A stretch of 35,676 bases of DNA from an uncultured Flavobacteriaceae bacterium. Its GTDB lineage: Bacteria; Bacteroidota; Bacteroidia; Flavobacteriales; Flavobacteriaceae. The stretch is from positions 1 to 35,676 of the forward strand of contig CAMZMA010000136.1 of the NCBI GenBank assembly GCA_947311815.1. Direction: 5' to 3'. The notes under the pieces are model-generated. The model made no database searches. It had not been told where the DNA came from and worked only from the letters and a program-made list of their open reading frames with translations. Positions 10,019 to 19,314 of the stretch are shown here, one piece after another; the first letter of the stretch is position 1; every line of letters begins with the position of its first letter. The position numbers and the translations under genes are program-made.

Positions 10019-11485
10019 ATGAAAACATTAATTAAAAACACACTAATTGCAATACTGTTTATGTCTTTTATAGGATGTAGTGATCAGTATTTTGATGTAA
10101 ACACACCAACAGGAACTGCCTCAATAGATCAATTAAATATGAGTGATTTATTAGGTCCAGTAATTTACCATACTGTAACAGCCCAATATAATGCTGAAAG
10201 GGTTTTAGGAAATTATAGTCAACAATTCACAGGTGAAGGAGGAGGAGCGTCTGGAGCTACAAGCCTTTCAGGTACTTGGTTAGAAATATATTTGTATGTC
10301 TTACCTAACTTAAAAACAATCCTTAGTAAAGCTGAAGCTAAAAATGCTACACACTATACAGCAGTAGCAAAAATATTAACAGCAATTAACATTGGTTTGT
10401 CGGCAGATTGTTGGGATAACATACCTTATAAAGAAGCTTCACAGGGAGCGGTAAACACAAAACCAGTATTTGATTCTCAAGAATCAATTTATGTAGAAAT
10501 ATTGTCTTTGTTAGATAGCGCTATTACCGGGTTACAGGGGTCTGACAATGGGTTTCCTTTGGGGAATGAAGATTTATTTTATGGAGGCAATTCAAGCAAA
10601 TGGATAAAAGCAGCTTATACATTAAAAGCTCGATATCAATTACATCTTATAAGTAGAGGAATGGCTTCTGCAAATGATGTGTTATCAAGTTTGTTAAATG
10701 GTTTTTCTTCTAACGAAGATGATTTACAAATGAGTTATACTTCTAGAAATATTAACCCTTGGTATTCTAGAGAAATTTTAGCTGCAGCTACAGGAAATGA
10801 TCATGACAAAGTTGGAGATCAATTGGTAAGTATTATGAACGGCACAACGTATCCTTTTGCTACTGTAACCATAGACCCTAGACTACCTGTTTTTGCAGAA
10901 ATTTCTGATGCTTCAGGAGTATGGAGAGGTTTTGAAAGTGGTGGTGATGGTTTATCTTCTGATGGAAATAATGGAAATACAGATTTTGCTGCTGGCGGAT
11001 TTTATACTAACGTTACAGCTCCAATCGTTGTTGTTTCTTACGCTGAAGCACAATTTATCATGGCCGAAGCTGCTTTCTTAGCTAATGGAGGCACTCCAAC
11101 TAGCACTGGAACAAATGCAGCAGCTTATGCAGCGTATATAAATGGTATTGAGGCGAGTATGAATAAGTTAGGGGTAGATGGTACAGCTTATATGACAGAT
11201 ACTTCAATTGATTTAGGAATGGGGAATTTAAAATTAGAGCATATTATGAAAGAAAAATATATTGCGAATTTTTTAAACCCAGAAGTATTTAATGATTTAA
11301 GAAGGTATGATTTTTCAACAAATGTATTTAAAGGATTTGCTTTACCAGTAGATAACGCTACTAGTGAGTTCCCTGGAGAATGGTTAGTAAGAGCACAATA
11401 TCCTGATTCAGAAGCTATAAGAAATCCAGACAATGTAAATGCCAACAAACAAGCGCCAACAGTAAAAGTTTGGTGGAATAATTAA
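10019..11485 (+). CDS. SusD/RagB lipoprotein
   Basis: Lipobox (SFIG-C), WDNIPYKEA, YAEAQFIMAEA, EKYIA..F..EVFNDLRR and KVWW motifs; 11 nt downstream of susC. Confidence 0.94.
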   Translation: MKTLIKNTLIAILFMSFIGCSDQYFDVNTPTGTASIDQLNMSDLLGPVIYHTVTAQYNAERVLGNYSQQFTGEGGGASGATSLSGTWLEIYLYVLPNLKTILSKAEAKNATHYTAVAKILTAINIGLSADCWDNIPYKEASQGAVNTKPVFDSQESIYVEILSLLDSAITGLQGSDNGFPLGNEDLFYGGNSSKWIKAAYTLKARYQLHLISRGMASANDVLSSLLNGFSSNEDDLQMSYTSRNINPWYSREILAAATGNDHDKVGDQLVSIMNGTTYPFATVTIDPRLPVFAEISDASGVWRGFESGGDGLSSDGNNGNTDFAAGGFYTNVTAPIVVVSYAEAQFIMAEAAFLANGGTPTSTGTNAAAYAAYINGIEASMNKLGVDGTAYMTDTSIDLGMGNLKLEHIMKEKYIANFLNPEVFNDLRRYDFSTNVFKGFALPVDNATSEFPGEWLVRAQYPDSEAIRNPDNVNANKQAPTVKVWWNN

Positions 11486-11517
11486 AACTTATTTTTAAGT
11501 GTAGATTAATTTGAATT

Positions 11518-11551
11518 AAAGAGGTTGTTTTTAGCTAAAAACAACCTCTTT
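11518..11551. terminator. Bidirectional intrinsic terminator
   Basis: Perfect 34-bp palindrome AAAGAGGTTGTTTTTAG/CTAAAAACAACCTCTTT between convergent genes, with a T-run on the + strand. Confidence 0.85.
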
Positions 11552-11552
11552 T

Positions 11553-12569
11553 TTAATGCCTTAATTTTTCTAATAAAAACAGCAATTCTTCTTCTGTATG
11601 ATTCGCATTTATCACAATCCGATGCATCATTTTTTTAATAGAAGGATATTGAAAACTAGTGATAATTATGTTTTCTTGTAGCAATTTTGTTGCAATAGTA
11701 TCATCATCAACAAAAAAAACAGGATAGTTTTTAGCAATTTTTATTGTAGAATGCTGTTGTAGTTTGTTAAAAACAAATGCACAGTTGTTTTTCAGCTTTT
11801 GTAATTGTATTTGATATAGTTTTTGTGATGCTAAAAATCCGTCTAAAAAAGCAGGATTCATACCTGCGCTACCACCAAAAAGAGCTAACGCTTTTATTTG
11901 AGCGATAAATGCGTTGTTTCCTGAAATATATCCGCCAGAAACACCAAAAGCTTTTCCTAATGAAGCGACAGTAACAATGGTCAAGTTTTCTTTTTTCGGA
12001 ATTTGAGAAGTAATTCCGTTGCCATTTTTTCCTAAAACGCCAATACTGTGCGATTCGTCTATCAACAATGTAATGGCAATGTGTTTAGGTATATTGTCTA
12101 AAAAATCAAAAGAAAAAGGAGCAGTTTCTAGTGCAGGAATTGCATCAACCAAAATGGTAATTTTTTGGTATTTATAAATTTCATCAGTAATCACATCATT
12201 TATAAAAAAAGGAAGTGCTTTTTTGTGTTTAATTGCTGGATGCGTTTTCGGTAAATAGAAAAAAGCATCGGTAGTTTTTGCTAAAACCTGAAGCGCTAAA
12301 TGTCCTGCTAAAGTACCAGAAGAAACAGTTACTACAGCATCCGTTTTTAAAAAAGAGGCTAAAAAACCTTCCGCTTTATCATAAATAGATAGTTTTACAT
12401 TGGCGTTTCTTGAGCTTCCGTAAGAAGTGCCCCAAGTAGCCATACTTTTAGCTAATTGTTGCTGAAAATCTTTGTGAGCAGCTACACCTAAATAAGAAGT
12501 ACCGCTAAAATAAAGATACTCTTTTTGCTGAATGGTTACTTTGGTATCTGGAATTTGATGGGTACGCAT
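11553..12569 (-). CDS. PLP-dependent class II aminotransferase / alpha-oxoamine synthase (BioF/KBL/SPT-like)
   Basis: FSGTSYLG, GSSR, IDESHSIG and SLGKAFG (PLP lysine) motifs; substrate cannot be assigned. Confidence 0.85.
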   Translation of the reverse strand: MRTHQIPDTKVTIQQKEYLYFSGTSYLGVAAHKDFQQQLAKSMATWGTSYGSSRNANVKLSIYDKAEGFLASFLKTDAVVTVSSGTLAGHLALQVLAKTTDAFFYLPKTHPAIKHKKALPFFINDVITDEIYKYQKITILVDAIPALETAPFSFDFLDNIPKHIAITLLIDESHSIGVLGKNGNGITSQIPKKENLTIVTVASLGKAFGVSGGYISGNNAFIAQIKALALFGGSAGMNPAFLDGFLASQKLYQIQLQKLKNNCAFVFNKLQQHSTIKIAKNYPVFFVDDDTIATKLLQENIIITSFQYPSIKKMMHRIVINANHTEEELLFLLEKLRH

Positions 12570-13586
12570 TTACAGTAAGTTTACACCTGTTCCGTTTTCA
12601 TTGGCATAAGAAATGATCCCATCTTTAATGGTGACGCCTGTTGCAATATCTTCGGATAATAAAAGAGCTCCGTCCATATCTACATAATCTAGTTGAGGTA
12701 GTAAATGTCCGATGGCAGAAATACCAACGGTAGATTCGGTCATGCAGCCTACCATGGTTTTCATGCCCAATTCTTTGGCTTTGGCAATCATTCTACGAGC
12801 AGGTGTTAATCCGCCACATTTGGTGAGTTTTACATTTACTCCGTGATAATGATTGTAGCATTTTTCTACATCGGTTTCTACAATGCAACTTTCATCAGCA
12901 ATAATTGGTAAAACCGAATTTTCAAAGACTTTTTTTATCGAAGTCCAATCATCTGCTGGCAAAGGTTGTTCTAAAAACTCAACGCCTAATTCTTTTAATT
13001 GTACGGCATTTTTTATGGTTTCATCTGCTGTCCATCCGCAGTTGGCATCAATTCTAAAAACGGAATTGGTATGTTTTCTAAGTTCGGTTACAATAGCAAT
13101 ATCGTTTTTTGTACCCAGTTTTATTTTATAAATAGGCCAAGGCATTTCTTGCATTTTAGCTACCATTTTTTCAATGGTATCAATGCCAATTGTATAATCG
13201 GTTAACGGATTATTTTGCGTGTTGTATTCCCAAATTTCATACAATTTTTTGTGGTGTAATTTGGCGTATAAATCGTTAAAAGCCATATCTAATGCACATA
13301 AAGCAAAAAGATTGTCTTTTAAATGTGTGTGTGCTAAATCCCAAAATTGAGTGGGCGTTGTATTGGTAAAATCTTGCTGTTTAATAGCATTCCAACATTG
13401 TAATAAATCGGCTTCAATAATAACCGCTGTTTTGTTGTAATACGGATTTGAAGTTGCTTCTCCGTAACCTGTTTTTCCGTTGTGCGATAAACAAGCAATT
13501 ACTGAGGGTTGCGTGGTATGAGTTTCTCTAGAAATGGTAAAAGGATGCGCTAGTTTTAACAGGTATTGTTTTACGGTTAGGTGCAT
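12570..13586 (-). CDS. Dipeptide epimerase (L-Ala-D/L-Glu epimerase family, enolase superfamily)
   Basis: PFTISR, KIKLG, DAN, EQP, ADES, KLTKCGG, GCMTES and DMDG motifs. Confidence 0.92.
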   Translation of the reverse strand: MHLTVKQYLLKLAHPFTISRETHTTQPSVIACLSHNGKTGYGEATSNPYYNKTAVIIEADLLQCWNAIKQQDFTNTTPTQFWDLAHTHLKDNLFALCALDMAFNDLYAKLHHKKLYEIWEYNTQNNPLTDYTIGIDTIEKMVAKMQEMPWPIYKIKLGTKNDIAIVTELRKHTNSVFRIDANCGWTADETIKNAVQLKELGVEFLEQPLPADDWTSIKKVFENSVLPIIADESCIVETDVEKCYNHYHGVNVKLTKCGGLTPARRMIAKAKELGMKTMVGCMTESTVGISAIGHLLPQLDYVDMDGALLLSEDIATGVTIKDGIISYANENGTGVNLL

Positions 13587-13630
13587 AAGAGTTTCATTAA
13601 AAAGTGAACTATAAAAATAACTAAATAATC

Positions 13631-14776
13631 TTAAACAATGGACTCTTTTTTATGTAAAAATCGAGTCAATTTCATCGATAAATCAAGTAGAATAATTTTA
13701 GCATTTCCGTTTCTTTCTATATGATACAGTGCTTGGTTTAATTCTTTTTCGATGTCTAAAATATTGCCACTATGCACAAACGGAGCAAAGTTTTTTAAAT
13801 CGAATTTTGGCGATTTTGTTTCTAGAAAAACCAATTCGGGCGATTTGTAATTTAGCAACAAGGCTTGTCTAAAAAATTGCAAGCAATACGCTAAAAATTG
13901 TTTTTGTGTTTCTCGTCCGCTTTTGGCAATAGTATCGCTCCAAGCAATTAATTCTTGTATTACGGTGGCATTTCCTTTGGCTCTAAAAGCAGCACGAATC
14001 CAAAGAATAAACCATTCTTCAAAAAGAACATCTTTAGAGTTGTTGTGTAAAATATGTAATGCTTTGTTGTAATTCCCTTCGGATTGATGGGCAATTTTTG
14101 TAGCTTCATTTGTAGAAACTTGCTCTCTTTTTACCAAAGCATCTGCAATATTTTGCTCTGATAATGACGGAAAATATAAAGCTTGACAACGCGATTTAAT
14201 CGTATTAATAATTTGATCTTCGTTTTCGGTAATCAAAATAAAAACTGTTTTTTCTGGCGGCTCTTCAATCAGTTTTAACAATTTATTAGCTGCAGCAATG
14301 TTCATTTTTTCTGCCATCCAAATAATCATCACTTTAAAACCACCTTCGTAACTTTTTAATTGTAGTTTTTTTACGATGTCTAAAGATTCATCAACACCAA
14401 TAAGACCTTGTTTGTTTTCTACTCCAATATGTTGCAACCATCGGTACAAACTCCCGTAAGGTTGCTCGTTAATAAATTGCCTCCAGTCTTTTAAAAACAA
14501 ATCACTTACAGGATGTTTTTTAACGCTATCATTGGTAGTTACAGGAAACGTAAAATGCAAATCAGGATGTTGTAATTTGCTACATTTTAGGTTACAAGCG
14601 TCGGTATTATCAGAAAAATGACACAATAAAAATTGGGCATATGCAATTGCCGTGGGTAAGGTGCCGCTTCCTTCTTTACCAACAAACAATTGAGCGTGAG
14701 GCACTCTACCGTTTTTTGCCGATGTTTGCAAATGTTGTTTTATATGTTCTTGTCCTATAATTTCATCGAAAAGCAT
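13631..14776 (-). CDS. holB: DNA polymerase III subunit delta'
   Basis: IIGQ, HAQLF, HPDLH, ANKLLKLIEEPP and TIKSRCQ motifs. Confidence 0.92.
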   Translation of the reverse strand: MLFDEIIGQEHIKQHLQTSAKNGRVPHAQLFVGKEGSGTLPTAIAYAQFLLCHFSDNTDACNLKCSKLQHPDLHFTFPVTTNDSVKKHPVSDLFLKDWRQFINEQPYGSLYRWLQHIGVENKQGLIGVDESLDIVKKLQLKSYEGGFKVMIIWMAEKMNIAAANKLLKLIEEPPEKTVFILITENEDQIINTIKSRCQALYFPSLSEQNIADALVKREQVSTNEATKIAHQSEGNYNKALHILHNNSKDVLFEEWFILWIRAAFRAKGNATVIQELIAWSDTIAKSGRETQKQFLAYCLQFFRQALLLNYKSPELVFLETKSPKFDLKNFAPFVHSGNILDIEKELNQALYHIERNGNAKIILLDLSMKLTRFLHKKESIV

Positions 14777-14780
14777 AGAG

Positions 14781-14788
14781 CAAATATA
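14781..14788 (-). promoter_or_regulatory. -7 box TATATTTG directly upstream of the holB ATG
   Basis: Exact TAnnTTTG ending 4 nt before the start codon. Confidence 0.6.
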
Positions 14789-14859
14789 AGCCTTAGATTT
14801 TTGATTTCAACTTGAAAAATTATAGTATTTTTAGAGAAAATTTTTAAGACGATAGAACC

Positions 14860-16422
14860 ATGAAAAAATTAATAATTTTCCTTGCATTTTTAATGTTTGT
14901 TTCAGGATATTCACAAGAAAACACCTTAAATATAAAAGTAAATAAGAGTAAGCTATTTAAAGAAAAAAAAGATTGGGAAATTAAAACCATATTGCAAGAT
15001 GCAGAGGGTAATTTTTTTTCGATTAGGAGTTATAGTTGGGGATATATTAGTCAAAAAACAAAATATTTGTTTAATAAATTTGATAGCAATTATAACAAAG
15101 TATTGTCGTATGAATTTAAATTAGAAAAAAACAGCACCATTTCTGTAGGAGCTGTTACTAATGATAAATTTTACTTTATTGAATATAAAAAAGACAAAAA
15201 AAACAAAAGAATTATTGCTTACGCACATAGTTCTCCATTAGATAAGTTTCAATTTCAAAAGAAAGAGATTTTTACTTTAAAAATAGATAAATTTCCAGGA
15301 TTTTTCGATTCGTTGTTTTCAGGAAGTAAAATGGATGCCAATTTAGACGGAAATATGTCTTTTTCTGAAAATGGCGATTTTTTAGTTTTTAATATTGATT
15401 CTTATGCTAAAAAGAATGAAAAACATGCCATTATTGTTTTAAATCATCAGTTAGAAGAGCTATGGAGAAAAGATTTTACCTTACCCATAAAAGATGCTAA
15501 ATTTGAAACGGAAGATATTAAAGTGTCTAATAAAGGTGCTATTTTTGTCTTAGGGAAAGTGTTTCATAAAGGACGTACTTCTAAAAGAAAAGGAAAAGCA
15601 AATTACCATCATCAACTAATAAAATTAACAAAAGAAGGGAATACTTCTGTAGATTTAAAGGTAGAGAATCATTTTGTAGGTTCTTTAAATATAACCTTTA
15701 CCAACCAAAATAATATTGGTTGCATTGGTTTTTATTCTGATAAAAATGATTACCGATACAAAGGAATTTGTACATTTTTTATCAATCCCGAAGATAATAC
15801 CATTATTTCTAAAAATTTCTCTCCGTTTACAAAACAGTTTATTACAGATAAATATGGCAAATTAAAAGACAAAGAACTGCAAGATATTGTGTTAAGAGAT
15901 GTGTATTATGCAGATAATGGCGAAATTACTTTTACGGCAGAAGAAAGTTACGTTACAATTCATACAACTTATAACAATGGCATAACGAACACTTATTATA
16001 GGTATCATTTTGATGATATTGTTATTGTAAGAACAGATCCTAAAGGGAAATTAAAATGGGCAAGAAATATTAATAAAGCACAAACATCAGGTAATTATTA
16101 CGATCCGTTGCTCTCTTTTTCATCAATAATTAATCAAAAAAATGTGTATTTATTTTTAAATGCACATAAAAACATGGGAAATCTTTCAGGAAGTAGAGCT
16201 AAATTTCGTCAAAATTGGCTATCAGGAATTACCAAAAGAAACTCTAAAATGTATGTGCTTAAATTTAATGATAAAGGAGAGTGGATTTACAAAGATATAC
16301 AGAGTAACAAAGAATCTCAAACTATTATTAATAGTAGGTTTATGAAAGAAATAGGTGCCAATAAAGCTATTTTTTATGGAAGTTATAAAAAGAAAAAACA
16401 ATTTATTACCATAGAATTTTAA
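14860..16422 (+). CDS. Hypothetical secreted protein, probably beta-rich
   Basis: 520 aa, signal peptide [19 protein letters not shown], alternating beta-strand patterns and D-x-x-G-x-x-x-W turns. Confidence 0.75.
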   Translation: MKKLIIFLAFLMFVSGYSQENTLNIKVNKSKLFKEKKDWEIKTILQDAEGNFFSIRSYSWGYISQKTKYLFNKFDSNYNKVLSYEFKLEKNSTISVGAVTNDKFYFIEYKKDKKNKRIIAYAHSSPLDKFQFQKKEIFTLKIDKFPGFFDSLFSGSKMDANLDGNMSFSENGDFLVFNIDSYAKKNEKHAIIVLNHQLEELWRKDFTLPIKDAKFETEDIKVSNKGAIFVLGKVFHKGRTSKRKGKANYHHQLIKLTKEGNTSVDLKVENHFVGSLNITFTNQNNIGCIGFYSDKNDYRYKGICTFFINPEDNTIISKNFSPFTKQFITDKYGKLKDKELQDIVLRDVYYADNGEITFTAEESYVTIHTTYNNGITNTYYRYHFDDIVIVRTDPKGKLKWARNINKAQTSGNYYDPLLSFSSIINQKNVYLFLNAHKNMGNLSGSRAKFRQNWLSGITKRNSKMYVLKFNDKGEWIYKDIQSNKESQTIINSRFMKEIGANKAIFYGSYKKKKQFITIEF

Positions 16423-16433
16423 TACATCAAAAA

Positions 16434-17621
16434 ATGAAAACACTCAACGATTTTAATTTCGAAAATAAAAAAGCCATCATTCGGGTAGATTTTAATGTGC
16501 CTTTGAATGATAAATTACAAGTAACAGATACTACCAGAATAGAAGCTGCAAAATCTACCATTATTAAAGTATTAGAAGATGGCGGAAGTTGCATTTTGAT
16601 GTCGCATTTAGGAAGGCCAAAAGGAAAAGAAGACCAATTTTCTTTACGTCATATTGTAGATGAAGTCACTAATGTTTTAGGCGTACAAGTGCAATTTGTT
16701 GATGATTGTATTGGCGATAAAGTTACCCAAGCAGTAACCAATTTAGAAAACGGAGAGATTTTATTGTTAGAAAATCTGCGTTTTTATGAAGAAGAGAAAA
16801 AAGGCGATGTTGCTTTTGCAGAAAAACTTTCAAAACTTGGCGATATTTATGTAAACGATGCTTTTGGTACGGCACATAGAGCGCACGCATCAACCACAAT
16901 TATTGCACAATTTTTTAATGATAAAAAATGTTTTGGTAATTTATTAGCCAAAGAAATTGAAAGTATTCATAAAGTACTAAACGATAATGAAAAACCTGTA
17001 ACCGCTATTTTAGGAGGCGCAAAAGTATCGTCTAAAATAGGTGTTATCGAAAATATTTTAGACAAAGTAGATCATATAATTGTAGGTGGAGGTATGACGT
17101 TTACCTTTATAAAAGCGCTGGGTGGCAACATCGGAAATTCTTTAGTAGAAGATGATAAATTAGCTTTAGCTTTAGAAATTTTAAACAAAGCAAAAGCCAA
17201 AAACACACAAATTCATTTACCTGTTGATGCGGTAATTGCTGATGATTTTTCTAACGATGCTAATACACAAATTGTAGATACAACAAAAATCCCTGAAGGT
17301 TGGATGGGGTTAGATTGTGGCCCACAAACATCTATCAATTTTGCAAAAGTAATTGCCAATTCTAAAACTATTTTATGGAATGGTCCTTTAGGTGTTTTTG
17401 AAATGGATAATTTTGCTACAGGAACGATTGAATTAGGTAAATCTATTGCAAAAGCTACTAAAAATGGCGCGTTTTCTTTAGTGGGTGGAGGCGATTCTGT
17501 TGCTGCAGTAAAACAATTTGGTTTTGCCAATAAAGTAAGTTATGTTTCTACTGGCGGAGGTGCAATGTTAGAAATGTTAGAAGGAAAATCTTTACCAGGA
17601 ATTGAGGCAATAAGTAATTGA
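16434..17621 (+). CDS. pgk: Phosphoglycerate kinase
   Basis: [28 protein letters not shown] and STGGGA motifs. Confidence 0.98.
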   Translation: MKTLNDFNFENKKAIIRVDFNVPLNDKLQVTDTTRIEAAKSTIIKVLEDGGSCILMSHLGRPKGKEDQFSLRHIVDEVTNVLGVQVQFVDDCIGDKVTQAVTNLENGEILLLENLRFYEEEKKGDVAFAEKLSKLGDIYVNDAFGTAHRAHASTTIIAQFFNDKKCFGNLLAKEIESIHKVLNDNEKPVTAILGGAKVSSKIGVIENILDKVDHIIVGGGMTFTFIKALGGNIGNSLVEDDKLALALEILNKAKAKNTQIHLPVDAVIADDFSNDANTQIVDTTKIPEGWMGLDCGPQTSINFAKVIANSKTILWNGPLGVFEMDNFATGTIELGKSIAKATKNGAFSLVGGGDSVAAVKQFGFANKVSYVSTGGGAMLEMLEGKSLPGIEAISN

Positions 17622-17623
17622 GG

Positions 17624-17911
17624 TTACAAATACTGTTGTACCAAATTAATTAAGGTACTTGCATCTTGTTCTCCTGTTTGACGCCATTTCATTTTTCCGT
17701 TTTTATAAATCATAAAGGTTGGATTTCCTTTAATTTGAAGTGCGTCAACAAGATTTTCGTTTTTTTCGATATCAATCTTAATCACTTTAGTAGTCTTTCC
17801 TAAAGCTGCGGTAACATTTTTTAAAATATTTATATTAGCACCTGTTCCTTTATAATAAAAATCGATTAAAACAGGTTTATCAATATCGATTATCTCACTA
17901 AATTTTGTCAT
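17624..17911 (-). CDS. Thioredoxin-fold protein lacking CxxC
   Basis: KPVLIDFY, KVIKIDIEKN and PTFMIYKNG are thioredoxin-fold elements; no Cys in the protein. Confidence 0.8.
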   Translation of the reverse strand: MTKFSEIIDIDKPVLIDFYYKGTGANINILKNVTAALGKTTKVIKIDIEKNENLVDALQIKGNPTFMIYKNGKMKWRQTGEQDASTLINLVQQYL

Positions 17912-17998
17912 AATTAGCTTATTTTAGGGGGACAAAATTATTTGTTAAAATAAATTTATGAGCGTAAATATAATAAAAATTATTTAAACTGCTGATTG

Positions 17999-19222
17999 TT
18001 ATTTTTTTATCAAAGTAATTACGGTAATTTCTGGCCATATACCAACTCTACCAGGAAATGCATGATAGCCAAAACCTCTATTAACATTAATATATCTACC
18101 AAATTCTTGGTACAAACCAGCCCATTGTTTGTAGATGTATTGAGACGGACTCCAACGAAAAAAACCTGGAATTTCAATGCCCATTTGCAAACCATGTGTG
18201 TGTCCACTAAGTGTTAATTGATAATTAAAGTCGTCTTTTTTTACTTTATACTCCCAATGACTTGGGTCATGACTCATTAAAATTTTAAAATCGTTTTTTT
18301 TAATCTTTGCAGATGCTTTTTCTAAATCTCCCGCTTGATTAAATCCTTTTCCCCAATTTTCTACACCAACCAAGGCTATTTTTTGTCCGTCTTTTTCTAT
18401 ATATCGATGCTCATTTAGTAACAAATCGAATCCTATTTTTGGATGAATGTTTTTTACATCCCTAAAATTCTGTTTTTTTTCTTCGTCAGAATTCCATTTT
18501 ACATAATCTCCATAATCATGATTTCCTAAAATTGCATATTTTCCAAAAGGAGCTTTTAAAGCACCAAATATATCTATCCAAGAAGTCATTTCTGTAGCTT
18601 TATTATTTACAAGATCTCCTGTAAATAACAATAAATCAGGTTTTTGTTGATTGATTAAATCGACTCCATATTGTATTTTTTCTTTGTTTCTAAAACTTCC
18701 TGAATGAATATCAGAAATTTGAGTGATGGTAAATCCGTCAAAAGCAGCAGGTAAATCGGCAAAAGATAATTCGTATTTTAGCACTTTGTAATTGTACCTG
18801 CCTTTAATAATTCCGTAGATAAAACTGGCAAACGGAATGGCAGCAAAACCTAAAGCTATTTGCGAAATGAATTTTCTTCGTCCTGCCAATGAAGTTGTTT
18901 CTCCTTCCGAAAAATAAGAAATCGCTTTTTTAATCCAACGAAAAGCATCTTCGCCAAAAAGCACCACCATCATAAATAGTTTAGGAATTAAAATGGTTAA
19001 CATCAATCCTATTGCCCATTGCATTTCTTTGGTTTGTCCTGCGGTTCTTGGTGTGGTAAAAATGATGTAAAAAAAATGAAGATAAATAGCAATACTTACC
19101 AACATCCACATCCATTTAATTACTTTATTTTGTGTGATGGTTTTTATCGCCTGAAAAGCATAAAACTCTAAGATAAAAATAATGGCAGAAACAATTAATA
19201 AAGGAAAAAACCAACGAGGCAT
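17999..19222 (-). CDS. Membrane-anchored metallophosphoesterase (YkuE/YaeI-like)
   Basis: SDIH, TGDLVN, LGNHDY, SHDP and LSGHTHG motifs; N-terminal TM segments. Confidence 0.92.
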   Translation of the reverse strand: MPRWFFPLLIVSAIIFILEFYAFQAIKTITQNKVIKWMWMLVSIAIYLHFFYIIFTTPRTAGQTKEMQWAIGLMLTILIPKLFMMVVLFGEDAFRWIKKAISYFSEGETTSLAGRRKFISQIALGFAAIPFASFIYGIIKGRYNYKVLKYELSFADLPAAFDGFTITQISDIHSGSFRNKEKIQYGVDLINQQKPDLLLFTGDLVNNKATEMTSWIDIFGALKAPFGKYAILGNHDYGDYVKWNSDEEKKQNFRDVKNIHPKIGFDLLLNEHRYIEKDGQKIALVGVENWGKGFNQAGDLEKASAKIKKNDFKILMSHDPSHWEYKVKKDDFNYQLTLSGHTHGLQMGIEIPGFFRWSPSQYIYKQWAGLYQEFGRYINVNRGFGYHAFPGRVGIWPEITVITLIKK

Positions 19223-19233
19223 ATTTTTTTAAA

Positions 19234-19241
19234 CAAATATA
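19234..19241 (-). promoter_or_regulatory. -7 box TATATTTG for the metallophosphoesterase gene
   Basis: Exact consensus 11 nt upstream of the ATG. Confidence 0.55.
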
Positions 19242-19314
19242 GGCGTAATTATTAAAATGTATTTGAGCATCCTGTTAAAGTTTCGTAATTTTAGCATCTT
19301 CAAGAAAAGAAACA

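Noticed and set aside
6840-11485. Polysaccharide utilisation locus
   Set aside because: No glycoside hydrolase, sulfatase or regulator nearby; the 'GH3' at 24148 is the auxin-responsive family, not glycoside hydrolase family 3.
11553-12569. Gene symbol bioF
   Set aside because: The family is clear, but the substrate cannot be assigned and no bio genes are adjacent.
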